A DNA stretch of 64,000 nt, taken from the NCBI GenBank assembly GCA_903851365.1, contig CAINOB010000082.1, positions 7,590 to 71,589 on the forward strand. The letters run 5' to 3'. Positions 45,214 through 54,675 of this stretch are shown piece after piece. Made by a program: the position numbers and the translations under genes. Source of the DNA: an uncultured Bacteroidota bacterium. GTDB lineage: Bacteria > Bacteroidota > Bacteroidia > Bacteroidales > UBA12481. The stretch's first letter is position 1, and each line of letters opens with the position of its first letter. Below the pieces are notes generated by a model. It saw only the letters and a program-made list of their open reading frames with translations. It did no database searches and had not been told where the DNA came from.

Positions 45214-46041
45214 TTATTCAGCATCATCATCTGCATCACCGGCTACTTCAGCGGAGATACGTTTGCGCATAGGCTTCTTCCCGGCAACGCGGGGAGCATC
45301 ATCGGAAGTTTCCGATTTTTTCGGCTTCACATCTTCTTCTTTATCTTTTTCAGCCTTTCTTTCTTCCAGGCCTTCTTCGATGGCTTTGCACATAATACCG
45401 CAGATGAGTGCGATTGATTTGGAAGCATCATCGTTGGCCGGGATAGCGAAGTCAACTTTTTCAGGATCCGAATTGGTATCCACCATTCCGAATACCGGGA
45501 TATTCAGTTTGTGCGCTTCGTTAACGGCAATATGTTCTTTGGATACGTCAACAACAAAAAGGGCTGCCGGCAAGCGGGTCAGGTCCTTGATACTGCCGAG
45601 CAGTTTTTCCAGTTTGTTACGCTGACGGGTAACCTGCAGTCGCTCACGTTTCGACATATGATCGAAAGTTCCGTCGGTAGCCATCTTGTCGATGGAGATC
45701 ATTTTCTTAACAGCTTTCCTTACGGTAGGGAAGTTGGTGAGCATACCGCCCGACCAGCGTTCCGTAACGAAAGGCATTCCTGTTGGAGTAACCTTTTCGG
45801 CTACGATTTCTTTTGCCTGTTTTTTTGTGGCAACGAATAAAATTTTCCGCCCTGATTTAGCGATCCGCTTCATAGCTTCGGCGGCTTCATCTATTTTAAA
45901 AGCGGTTTTGTGGAGGTCAATGATATGAATCCCGTTCTTCTCCATGAAGATGTAAGGAGCCATGTTTGGGTTCCACTTACGTTTGAGGTGACCAAAATGG
46001 ACACCTGCATCAAGCAATTCCTGAAAATTTGTTCTGGGCAT
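45214..46041 (-). CDS. rpsB: 30S ribosomal protein S2 (with a charged C-terminal extension)
   Basis: LLDAGVHFGH, ERWSGGMLTNF and VVDVSKEHIAVNEA. Confidence 0.95.
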   Translation of the reverse strand: MPRTNFQELLDAGVHFGHLKRKWNPNMAPYIFMEKNGIHIIDLHKTAFKIDEAAEAMKRIAKSGRKILFVATKKQAKEIVAEKVTPTGMPFVTERWSGGMLTNFPTVRKAVKKMISIDKMATDGTFDHMSKRERLQVTRQRNKLEKLLGSIKDLTRLPAALFVVDVSKEHIAVNEAHKLNIPVFGMVDTNSDPEKVDFAIPANDDASKSIALICGIMCKAIEEGLEERKAEKDKEEDVKPKKSETSDDAPRVAGKKPMRKRISAEVAGDADDDAE

Positions 46042-46146
46042 AATTATAATTCTAGTTTACCTTCTGTTTAAGCAACCTGCCGGTAGTTACGGAAGTCCGT
46101 AAGTCCTTCAGGTTTAGATACTAAACTATACTCTATGATAGAGATA

Positions 46147-46533
46147 TTAGCGTTTTGAAAATTGGAAGCGTTTCCTTGCACCTGGCTGACCTGGCTTTTT
46201 CCTTTCAACCACTCTCGGGTCACGGGTAAGGAAACCATTGGCGCGGAGAACTTTTTTACACTCAGGATCAATTTCCACAAGTGCGCGGGCGATAGCCAGA
46301 CGAAGAGCTTCGGCTTGTCCTTTGATTCCGCCGCCATCAAGATTCACGCGGATATCATATTTACCGGCTACTTCAAGAACGTTGAGTGGCTGGGTTACGA
46401 TATGCTGAAGCTGGAAGATCGGAAAATATTCAGTCAGATCTTTTTTATTGATTGTGATCTGTCCTTTTCCTTCGTTCAAGATAATACGGGCAACTGCCGC
46501 TTTCCTTCTACCTATAGTGTTAATCAGTTCCAT
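46147..46533 (-). CDS. rpsI: 30S ribosomal protein S9
   Basis: 128 aa with GRRKAAVARI, GGGIKGQAEA and RDPRVVERKKPGQPGARKRFQFSKR. Confidence 0.95.
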   Translation of the reverse strand: MELINTIGRRKAAVARIILNEGKGQITINKKDLTEYFPIFQLQHIVTQPLNVLEVAGKYDIRVNLDGGGIKGQAEALRLAIARALVEIDPECKKVLRANGFLTRDPRVVERKKPGQPGARKRFQFSKR

Positions 46534-46545
46534 GAATCTTATATT

Positions 46546-46995
46546 CTACTTTTGTAATTCAATACTTTTCGGGTTCTGGGCAACATGGGGATGCTCGCTA
46601 CCGGCATAGATATGCAGGTTTCTGAATACTTCGCGACCCAGACGGTTTTTCGGAAGCATGCCTTTAATAGCATGTTCAACAACGCGGGTAGGATCTTTTG
46701 CCATCATCTGGGCGGGGGTGCGTTCTTTCTGACCACCTGGAAAACCTGAATAGGTCCAGATTACACGGTCGTTCATTTTGTTCCCCGTCATCCGGATTTT
46801 TTCGGCGTTGATAACGATAACATTGTCTCCGCAGTCAACGTGAGGAGTGTAACTTGCCTTATTCTTTCCACGAAGGATACTGGCAACTTCCGATGAAAAA
46901 CGACCCAACACAGCGTTGGTTGCATCGAGTACAACCCATTCTTTTTTTACAGTTGCCTTGTTGGCTGAGATCGTCTTGTAGCTTAACGTGTTCAC
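46546..46995 (-). CDS. rplM: 50S ribosomal protein L13
   Basis: 149 aa with LGRFSSEVASILRGKNK, HVDCGDNVIVINA and GMLPKNRLGR. GTG start. Confidence 0.93.
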   Translation of the reverse strand: MNTLSYKTISANKATVKKEWVVLDATNAVLGRFSSEVASILRGKNKASYTPHVDCGDNVIVINAEKIRMTGNKMNDRVIWTYSGFPGGQKERTPAQMMAKDPTRVVEHAIKGMLPKNRLGREVFRNLHIYAGSEHPHVAQNPKSIELQK

Positions 46996-47064
46996 TTTAA
47001 TCCGTCCTTTAAAATTAATAGCTGAAAATCAATAAGTCGGGTTAGGCCCGAACGAATTGGAGTG

Positions 47065-47072
47065 CAAAAATA
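47065..47072 (-). promoter_or_regulatory. candidate Bacteroidota -7 promoter element (TAnnTTTG) upstream of rplM-rpsI
   Basis: The minus strand reads TATTTTTG about 70 nt upstream of the rplM start. The -33-like element is weak (TTGG/TTTA). Confidence 0.3.
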
Positions 47073-47161
47073 CAACTTTTTTTAAACGTACCAAGTTTAT
47101 CAACTTTTAATTTGTTGAAAACTCTGTTCATTAAATAGCCAGGGGTCTGAATCAAGGTAGG

Positions 47162-48088
47162 TTAGAAGTCTCCGAGTGTGGTTTCTATCTGGCGGGTGAT
47201 TTCGAGCGCCTTGAAAGCACCTTCCAGGCTGGAAAGCGAGTGCCTTCCCCTTTCGAGGGCATGAATAAAACTCAGGCACTGCCTGGCAGCCTGCTCATCT
47301 CCCTCCGCTGCCTGCGATGAAAATTTGTTATTTTCTCCTTCGGGTGGCCACAAAACTTTTTCGGGACCCATAAATCCCTTGCTGCCACCCGAATATTCGA
47401 GTATCGAACTGGTGCCGTTCAGCAAGTCGATCATGAGGATGCCGGAAGGTTGGATAATTTCAATGCTACGACCGGCAGCTGCGGCAAATTTTCTGATCAC
47501 CAGACTGATGACCGTGCCATTATGCATTTCAACCCGGATATCTATCTGGATGGCTGTTCCGTCGAGCATGCGCGAAACATGCGGCCTTACCCTTCTGACT
47601 GTGCTTCCTGAGAGGCCGAGGGCCAAGTCGAGATCCGCCACAATCGCATTGAAGGCAGGCCGGTGGACAGAATCGGGCGTCAGGCCGGTCAGGTGGTCGA
47701 TGAACCGAATACTTTGGGGGTGGCAAATATGCATCATCGAGCTCCGTATAACGGGCTGATACCAATCCTGATGGCCAATCTGTACCTGTACACGCGCTTC
47801 ATGTGCCAGTTTAACCATTCCCGGCGCTTCTTCCATAAACTCAACTACTGGAAAACCAAGGGAAAGGTGCCTAGAATGGCGTATCACCTGTATCGCCGCA
47901 TCCATCGTTCCGCTGATTTTTTCCGGTATCCAGATAAGATCAGAAAAATCAATGAGCTGCTGCGTATCAAAAACAGAAGATTCCTGCGGGTTGATCCAGC
48001 CGGAAACACTGGACCCGGAGCTCTTCAGCATTTCTGAAAGAACTTCCGGCCATTTTCTCTGTCCAGATAATATCCCGACCGAATACAT
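47162..48088 (-). CDS. hypothetical protein
   Basis: 308-aa ORF with no overlapping competitor of better quality. No motif I can name with confidence. Confidence 0.45.
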   Translation of the reverse strand: MYSVGILSGQRKWPEVLSEMLKSSGSSVSGWINPQESSVFDTQQLIDFSDLIWIPEKISGTMDAAIQVIRHSRHLSLGFPVVEFMEEAPGMVKLAHEARVQVQIGHQDWYQPVIRSSMMHICHPQSIRFIDHLTGLTPDSVHRPAFNAIVADLDLALGLSGSTVRRVRPHVSRMLDGTAIQIDIRVEMHNGTVISLVIRKFAAAAGRSIEIIQPSGILMIDLLNGTSSILEYSGGSKGFMGPEKVLWPPEGENNKFSSQAAEGDEQAARQCLSFIHALERGRHSLSSLEGAFKALEITRQIETTLGDF

Positions 48089-48197
48089 TGTTTTTTATAC
48101 AAATAAACCTGTTTTTAATTCTTATTCTGACTCAAAACCGGACAACTTATTAAATTGCACCTGTGTAAAACCTAATTTTACAGTAAATTCATAGAAA

Positions 48198-49766
48198 ATG
48201 ACCAAGGATCTGATCAAACGATATCTGACTTTCAGGAATATTACCCTGTTTTTTCTTTTTTCGATCGTTGTCAGCATGCCATTATCAAAATACCTGACCA
48301 GCGCATCGCAGATTTTGCTGGCTGCAACCTGGCTTGCTGAAGGGAAATTTGATGAAAAGTGGCGACGGTTAAAAATGAGACCCCAGGTTCTGATTTTCAC
48401 ACTCCTCTTTGTCATTCCCCTGCTGGGATTGCTGTACACCCAGGATCTTTCCTATGGGATTCATGATATCAAGGTAAAGCTGCCACTGCTGCTTATGCCT
48501 CTGGTACTGGGGAGTATCAGGCCGCTCGACCGTTCGGAAATGCGCATCATACTGGGCGGATTTGTTGTGGCTGTTATCGTTGGGGCTTTGGTGAGTGTGA
48601 GCATTATGATGGGTATCGGCCCATCGACTTATACCAGCGACCGGGAATCTGTCCTGTTTATTTCGCACATCCGGTTTGCCCTGATGGTTGTTCTCTCCGT
48701 TTTCATCCTCTTCCATTATATCTTTGATCCTTCCACTTCCTTCCGCCTTAACTTGTGCCTTGTGCCTTGTGCCCTGTGCCTTATCCTGTTCCTGTTCCTT
48801 TTAAAATCTCTGACCGGTGTCGTTATTCTTATTATCGGTGGATGGATTTTAACCCTGAGGTGGGTGCTTAAAAGGAATGATATAATGATCAGGTGGTTTG
48901 CCATCGTGGGGTTAGCTACTATGCCAATCCTGGTTGGATTTTACCTCAGTGGGCAGATTTCCAACTTTTATACCATCCGCGACGAGGCCGATCAGCTGGA
49001 TAAAACTACGGTCAAGGGAAATCCATACTGGCACGATAATGCCAACCCGATGATTGAAAACGGTTACCATGTTGGCTGGTACCAATGTGAACCTGAAATG
49101 CGCGAGGCATGGAACCAGGTGAGCAAGCTTGATTACGGAGGACCTGACAGGAAAGGCCAGGAAATTAAATACACTCTGATCCGTTACCTTACTTCGCTCG
49201 GATTGAGAAAGGATGCTTATGGGATATCACAGCTGAAACCGGAGGATATCAAAATGATTGAAAACGGATTTGCGAATTGTATCTATAAAAATCCAAAAAG
49301 ATTCAGCGTCCGGATTTATGAAACTATCTGGGAAATCGATCTTTATCGTAAGGGTGCTAACCCAAGCGGACATTCTGTGACTCAACGGCTCGAATACCTG
49401 AAAGCCGGTTGGGCAATTTTTCTTGATCATCCGATTTTCGGCGTGGGCACCGGGGATCCTCCGAAAGCTTTCGACGCAAAATATAAACAGGTGAATTCAA
49501 GGCTTGATCCGGCGTGGAGGCTGAGGGCACATAACCAGCTTCTCACTTTTCTACTTTCAAATGGCCTGGTGGGATTTATTATGATCATCACCGCTATTCT
49601 CCTTCCGATGTTTATTGAAAGAAGGAAAAGTAAATACTATATCCTCATGTTGCTTTTAGTGACGTTCCTCTCCATGCTGAATGAGGATACTCTTGAAACA
49701 CAGGCTGGGGTAGCATTTTTTGCCGTATTCTACTGCCTCTTTGTTTTTGCCGATGGAACCGAATGA
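48198..49766 (+). CDS. O-antigen ligase/polymerase-like polytopic membrane protein
   Basis: 522 aa with many hydrophobic helices, a large loop, and Wzy_C-like RAHNQLLTFLLSNGLVGF. Contains a heptamer repeat at 48754-48781. Confidence 0.5.
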   Translation: MTKDLIKRYLTFRNITLFFLFSIVVSMPLSKYLTSASQILLAATWLAEGKFDEKWRRLKMRPQVLIFTLLFVIPLLGLLYTQDLSYGIHDIKVKLPLLLMPLVLGSIRPLDRSEMRIILGGFVVAVIVGALVSVSIMMGIGPSTYTSDRESVLFISHIRFALMVVLSVFILFHYIFDPSTSFRLNLCLVPCALCLILFLFLLKSLTGVVILIIGGWILTLRWVLKRNDIMIRWFAIVGLATMPILVGFYLSGQISNFYTIRDEADQLDKTTVKGNPYWHDNANPMIENGYHVGWYQCEPEMREAWNQVSKLDYGGPDRKGQEIKYTLIRYLTSLGLRKDAYGISQLKPEDIKMIENGFANCIYKNPKRFSVRIYETIWEIDLYRKGANPSGHSVTQRLEYLKAGWAIFLDHPIFGVGTGDPPKAFDAKYKQVNSRLDPAWRLRAHNQLLTFLLSNGLVGFIMIITAILLPMFIERRKSKYYILMLLLVTFLSMLNEDTLETQAGVAFFAVFYCLFVFADGTE

Positions 49767-50242
49767 AAATGAATAAAACTGATATATTATTTCTTACCCG
49801 TGCGGTACAGCTTGCCAGGGAAAATGTTGCCATTGGCGGAGGTCCTTTTGGCGCTGTCATTGTCAAGGATGGCGAAATTGTAGCCGAGTCGGCCAATCAG
49901 GTGATTGCCATTCCTGACCCGACGGCACATGCCGAAATTCAGGCCATCCGGCTCGCTGCGATTAACCTGAAATCATTTAATCTGACTGGTACCACTTTAT
50001 ATACTTCCTGCGAACCCTGCCCGATGTGCCTCGGGGCCGTTTACTGGTCACGCATCAGCCGGATAGTTTTTGCCTCTGACCGCCATGATGCTGACCTGGC
50101 AGGCTTCCGCGATGATGAGCTTTATGAAGCAATGACCCAGTCACCAGATGAGCGCAGAGTCCAATTCGAGCAGCTAAATGTTCCTGAAAAGGGGTTGGAG
50201 TTTACCGAATGGCAGAATTCCCATATAAAAATCGACTATTGA
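49763..50242 (+). CDS. guaD: guanine deaminase-like CDA-fold nucleoside/nucleobase deaminase
   Basis: GGPFGAVIVKDGEIVAES...DPTAHAEIQAIR and PCPMCLGA closely follow the B. subtilis GuaD pattern. ATGA overlap with the upstream gene. Confidence 0.65.
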   Translation: MKMNKTDILFLTRAVQLARENVAIGGGPFGAVIVKDGEIVAESANQVIAIPDPTAHAEIQAIRLAAINLKSFNLTGTTLYTSCEPCPMCLGAVYWSRISRIVFASDRHDADLAGFRDDELYEAMTQSPDERRVQFEQLNVPEKGLEFTEWQNSHIKIDY

Positions 50243-50748
50243 GCGACCGTCTTGACCGGACTTTTTTCGGCCGTGATGCTTTGATCATCGCGCCTGAAAT
50301 TCTGGGAAAGGTCCTGGTGAGGGTTCTGCCCGATGGTACCCGGCTTTTGCTTCCTGTGACCGAAGTGGAAGTTTATCGAGGACTGGACGACCGGGCCAGT
50401 CATGCCAGCAGGGGGATGACGGAAAGAAACCGGGTGATGTTCGGGCAGGGGGGCATAATATATATGTATCTTATTTATGGTATGCACTGGATGCTGAACA
50501 TTGTGACAGGTGATGAAGGTGGCCCCGAAGCTCTGCTGATACGCGGAGTGGGTGAAACGAGCGGTCCGGGCAGGGTTACCAGGCTGCTGGCTCTGGGAAA
50601 GGATTTTTATGGAGAGGATCTGACCTCTTCAACAAGAATCTGGCTCGAGAATAGGCCAGCTGTCGAGAATTTTACCACTGGCCCGCGGGTTGGTATCAAT
50701 TATTCCGGCGAACCCTGGATAAGCATGCCCTGGCGGTTCAGGTGCTAA
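50209..50748 (+). CDS. mpg: DNA-3-methyladenine glycosylase (AAG/MPG family)
   Basis: FFGRDALIIAPEILGKVLV, EVEVYRG.DDRASHA, RNRVMFGQGGIIYMYLIYGMHWMLNIV. Its first 34 nt overlap the deaminase gene. Confidence 0.85.
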   Translation: MAEFPYKNRLLSDRLDRTFFGRDALIIAPEILGKVLVRVLPDGTRLLLPVTEVEVYRGLDDRASHASRGMTERNRVMFGQGGIIYMYLIYGMHWMLNIVTGDEGGPEALLIRGVGETSGPGRVTRLLALGKDFYGEDLTSSTRIWLENRPAVENFTTGPRVGINYSGEPWISMPWRFRC

Positions 50749-51950
50749 AAGGTATAGCCAAAATCTATCGACAGGGGAATCTTCACCGCATCATTATGTG
50801 TGAAGAGATTGCCATTCGAAAAATGAGCAATTTTTATTTCCGCAACCAACCTTCGCTTCAAGCCAATAAACATTCCGGTTCCCATGGTATCGTGAAACGT
50901 GAAATGCTTACCCATCAGGAGGTTGTCTAAAGTCGTTTTGGAAATATAGGCTGGCCCTGCGACAGAATAGTAGAAATAGAAATCTGCTTTCTTCAGGTGT
51001 AAATAATTGAACCTGAAAACGGGAAACAGTGACAGGCTGAAGAATTTTTCTTTTAGTACGTTGGTTTGCCATACCGACATGTTAAAACCCCAGTCCAGGG
51101 CAAATATTTTTCGGCCATGGAACAGGTTCCTCTGATAGATTAAAGAAGAGCCAAATCTGACTTCCGCATTGCCACCCCAAAATACCGGTATTCTACCCTG
51201 CGATAGAAAATTGTTTACTCCGTATCCAAGAACATTACTTGAGAACCCGACTTTAACCATTTGTTTTGGCCAGATTCGGCCTGACTCAGCGCCTATTTTT
51301 CGCTTGCTTTCGGAAATTGGATGAAGCTGATAGGAAAATCCGGGTGCGATAAATGTGGTGTAGGGCTGGTTTGCTTTTTTGTTTGCCGGCGACCAGGCGG
51401 TCATAATCTGCAGCGCCCACCGGTCGTTAATCAGATACTTCATTCCAGCACCAAAAAGGAAGGTGGCATAATTGGCGTTTTTTACCACTGGCATGTTTTC
51501 AGCATGGTTGAACCCATGTCGCGTAATAATACCCAGACCGCCTTCTCCATAAATCGAAAAATGGGGACCGATAGGGATTTGTGGCTTAATGGTTAACCCA
51601 GCTACGTTCATCCATACGGTGCGGGTACTGCTGACATTATTAACCTTGTAATTATATTTTACCCAGAGTACCGGGCGCATATAAGTAATCTGCGCAGCTA
51701 AATATTTATTGAATTGGTACCCAAAAAGAACCAGTCGGGGTGCTATATGCGGAACAGTGACAGACACAAAATCAAAACCCGGCTCCATTTCCTTTGCCGA
51801 AAACGGGTAGTTTATGCTGCCGATATTTACTTCAAAATAGGACTTTTGCATGACCTTTGGCAGCTGGCTCCTTTCATCCTGTGAATAGGCTGACCAAGAC
51901 AGTAAAATCAGGGAAAAAACAAGAAAAATTTTATACCGGTATTGCTTCAT
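50745..51950 (-). CDS. outer-membrane beta-barrel protein with an acyloxyacyl hydrolase (PagL-like) C-terminal half
   Basis: Signal peptide. The C-terminal AHFSNGNLFTHNDAVKIPLSIDFGYTF resembles the lipid A deacylase/acyloxyacyl hydrolase family. Confidence 0.5.
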   Translation of the reverse strand: MKQYRYKIFLVFSLILLSWSAYSQDERSQLPKVMQKSYFEVNIGSINYPFSAKEMEPGFDFVSVTVPHIAPRLVLFGYQFNKYLAAQITYMRPVLWVKYNYKVNNVSSTRTVWMNVAGLTIKPQIPIGPHFSIYGEGGLGIITRHGFNHAENMPVVKNANYATFLFGAGMKYLINDRWALQIMTAWSPANKKANQPYTTFIAPGFSYQLHPISESKRKIGAESGRIWPKQMVKVGFSSNVLGYGVNNFLSQGRIPVFWGGNAEVRFGSSLIYQRNLFHGRKIFALDWGFNMSVWQTNVLKEKFFSLSLFPVFRFNYLHLKKADFYFYYSVAGPAYISKTTLDNLLMGKHFTFHDTMGTGMFIGLKRRLVAEIKIAHFSNGNLFTHNDAVKIPLSIDFGYTF

Positions 51951-52019
51951 TTGGCACTTAAAGTCTCCAATGATAATTAAAAATTCGGGAAGGGGTTCTA
52001 TAATCTCTACTTTTGCAGC

Positions 52020-53033
52020 ATGAACATAGGACCGATAATATTACCTGACAGGCCATTGATACTTGCTCCGATGGAGGATGTGACAGATGCTCCCTACCGT
52101 CTGCTCTGCAAACGGTTTGGCGTCGACCTCATGTTTTCTGAATTTGTGGCTTCGGAAGCGGTTATCCGTAAAATTGATAAAACACTTCAGAAGATGGAAA
52201 TCCATCCGCTGGAGCATCCCTACGGAATCCAATTATATGGTAAGGAGATTTCCTCAATGGTAGAGTCGGCGAAGGTGGCTGAACAATATGAGCCCGACCT
52301 GATCGATATAAATTTTGGTTGTCCGGTAAAAAAGATTGCCATGAAGGGTGCTGGGGCCGGTATGCTCCGCGATATTCCCAATCTGCTGAAGATGACAGCT
52401 GCGGTAGTTAAGGCAACAAAGCTGCCAGTGACTGTGAAAACCCGTTTGGGATGGGACGAAGACAGCAAGATTATTGTTGAACTGGCCGAGCAGCTGCAGG
52501 ATTGCGGCATTGCTGCCTTAACGATTCATGGAAGGACACGTGCCCAGATGTACCTGGGACATGCCGACTGGACCCTCATCGGAGAAGTGAAAAATAATCC
52601 AAGGATACATATACCCATTATCGGAAACGGGGACATCGATTCACCCCAAAAGGCAAAGCTCGCCTTCGAAAAATATGGGGTTGATGCGGTGATGATCGGC
52701 AGGGCAGCAATCGGCAGGCCCTGGTTATTCCATGAAATCAGGCATTATCTCAATACGGGGGAGCTTCTGCCACCAGTGCTGGTAAAGGATCAGGCTCAAT
52801 TGGTGAGGGAACATCTGGAAATGTCGACAGCCGGACGGACCGAGGTTCGTGCGGTACGTAGTATGCGCCGGTTCTTTTCGGTCTATTTTAAAGGATTGCC
52901 GGATTTTCGGGATACCCGGGTGAAATTATTGCAGGCTGAATCCTTTGAGGAGGTAGACCGGCTGCTCGATCACATCGTTGAAAGATGGGGGCACTTACCC
53001 GCCTATTCATCCACTGACGCTGAAACAAAGTAG
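52020..53033 (+). CDS. dusB: tRNA-dihydrouridine synthase
   Basis: LAPMEDVTDAPYR, DINFGCPVKK, TVKTRLGWD and LTIHGRTR. Confidence 0.9.
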   Translation: MNIGPIILPDRPLILAPMEDVTDAPYRLLCKRFGVDLMFSEFVASEAVIRKIDKTLQKMEIHPLEHPYGIQLYGKEISSMVESAKVAEQYEPDLIDINFGCPVKKIAMKGAGAGMLRDIPNLLKMTAAVVKATKLPVTVKTRLGWDEDSKIIVELAEQLQDCGIAALTIHGRTRAQMYLGHADWTLIGEVKNNPRIHIPIIGNGDIDSPQKAKLAFEKYGVDAVMIGRAAIGRPWLFHEIRHYLNTGELLPPVLVKDQAQLVREHLEMSTAGRTEVRAVRSMRRFFSVYFKGLPDFRDTRVKLLQAESFEEVDRLLDHIVERWGHLPAYSSTDAETK

Positions 53034-54238
53034 CGGCGCTTCATTACTCGGAGCGGAATCCAGGCGGCAAAATACCCTATGACACCGATGATCGGGATGA
53101 TCATCATAAAATCCGAAATTTGCATTTTTACGGGGTATACGTTTACCACAAACGATCCTCCCACCGGGAATCGTACAATGCCGAAACGCTGCTGAATATA
53201 ACAGATTCCGGCACCAAGTATCAGGCCAATCAGCATGCCCAAACCGGTTACCAGCAATCCTTCCCAAAGGAATACCTGCCTTATCTTAACCTGACTGGCA
53301 CCCATGCTGTTTAACGTGTGCATGTCTCCCTTTTTTTCAAGCATAAGCAGCGTAAGTGAGGAAATCGTATTAAATGACGCAACCATCAATATAAAACTGA
53401 GGATCAGAAGAGTAGCCCATTTTTCCGAGGCCATTACTTTATAGAACCCCTGATGCTGACCCAGGCGGTCCGCGATTTTAAAGTCCTTACCGAAAAGGCT
53501 GGTCAGTTTTTTTATGACCTCCGGTGTCAGCCTGGGATCTGTGACTTTAATCTCCAGGGCGCTGACTTCCGTTTTCGAATAATCGAAAAAATCGCGGGCG
53601 AAATTCAATGGTACAATCAGGTATTTCGAATCATAATCCTGCTGGACGGCGAAAATCCCGGATGGGAAAATATAACTGTGATTAATCGACGAAATGGAGT
53701 TAGTCAAAATTTTGCCGGATCGTTTGGGAGCATAAACATGTATCGGGTTGATGAAGTTCAGTCCGACACCCAGTTCATCCCCAAGTGCCCGACCGATTAC
53801 GCTTAGCGGCTTATCTTCTTCATTCAGAAGGATCTCGCCATCGAACATCATGGTATCGAGTCCTGAAATTTTGGTGAATTCTGAGTCAACACCCTTGATA
53901 GTGGCTATCGCCTGCCGGTCGCGGTATTTCAGCAATGCATTTTCTTCCACCACCTGACAATAATCGGCGACTCCTGGAATGGCCTTTAAATGTTCAAGCA
54001 TAAGGGAATCCACCCCGAATGTTTTTCCCTCAACAGCAGTGATTTTTATATCAGGATCGAAGGAGTTAAACAGTGACCTGATCAGGTGATCCAATCCGTT
54101 AAATACCGAAAGCACGATGATGAGCGTCATGGTGCCGAGGGATATCCCGGCAACGGAAATCCGGGAAATCCAATTAATAATGTGCCTCGACCGGCGTGCC
54201 TTAAAATATCTGAAAGCTATAAAAAGAGGCAGGTTCAT
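53003..54238 (-). CDS. FtsX/LolE-like ABC transporter permease
   Basis: N-terminus FIAFRYFKARRS, MacB-like periplasmic domain and a C-terminal FtsX-type four-helix region. Confidence 0.8.
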   Translation of the reverse strand: MNLPLFIAFRYFKARRSRHIINWISRISVAGISLGTMTLIIVLSVFNGLDHLIRSLFNSFDPDIKITAVEGKTFGVDSLMLEHLKAIPGVADYCQVVEENALLKYRDRQAIATIKGVDSEFTKISGLDTMMFDGEILLNEEDKPLSVIGRALGDELGVGLNFINPIHVYAPKRSGKILTNSISSINHSYIFPSGIFAVQQDYDSKYLIVPLNFARDFFDYSKTEVSALEIKVTDPRLTPEVIKKLTSLFGKDFKIADRLGQHQGFYKVMASEKWATLLILSFILMVASFNTISSLTLLMLEKKGDMHTLNSMGASQVKIRQVFLWEGLLVTGLGMLIGLILGAGICYIQQRFGIVRFPVGGSFVVNVYPVKMQISDFMMIIPIIGVIGYFAAWIPLRVMKRRYFVSASVDE

Positions 54239-54573
54239 TACTTCAGTAATTCACTTATCCGGTCGACATAATCCATAGAATCATCCACGTAAAAGCGCAA
54301 TTCGGGAATGTGACGCACCTGTTTGCCGATCTTTTTGCCCAGCTCGTACCGGATCATTTTGTTTTGATCTTCAAGCAGTTTAACTACTTCTTCGGCCTTT
54401 GATGAAGGAAAAACGCTGATATACGACCGCGCCTGGCTCAGATCAGGGCTGATACGAACCTGGGTAACAGAAATCATGGTGCCATGAACGGCTAAATGGT
54501 CGTTCCCACGAAAGAATTCGGCAAGTTCTTTCTGAATCAGCCGGGCTATTTTTAATTGTCTTGTTGTTTCCAT
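54238..54573 (-). CDS. rbfA: ribosome-binding factor A
   Basis: RQLKIARLIQKELAEFF...ISVTQVRISPDLSQARSYISVF. The ATG at 54573 is preferred. Its stop overlaps the start of the permease gene (TAATG). Confidence 0.85.
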   Translation of the reverse strand: METTRQLKIARLIQKELAEFFRGNDHLAVHGTMISVTQVRISPDLSQARSYISVFPSSKAEEVVKLLEDQNKMIRYELGKKIGKQVRHIPELRFYVDDSMDYVDRISELLK

Positions 54574-54675
54574 CTCTTGGTCCTCCTCGCTGGTTAAATC
54601 GATATCAAAGGTAATCAAACCACACTAAAGGAGGAATTTCTATCTTTGCGACCGTTTATTAAGAACTGATTTAGC

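Noticed and set aside
46042-46146. The rpsI-rpsB spacer and the 166-nt region upstream of rplM could be ribosomal-protein leader RNAs or riboswitches.
   Set aside because: Only short, weak hairpins are visible, and I recognise no known leader or riboswitch consensus. This would need covariance-model searches.
53003-53033. The dus and FtsX/LolE-like permease genes overlap convergently by 31 nt.
   Set aside because: Convergent 3' overlaps of this size are common in compact genomes, and no unusual sequence feature lies in the overlap.
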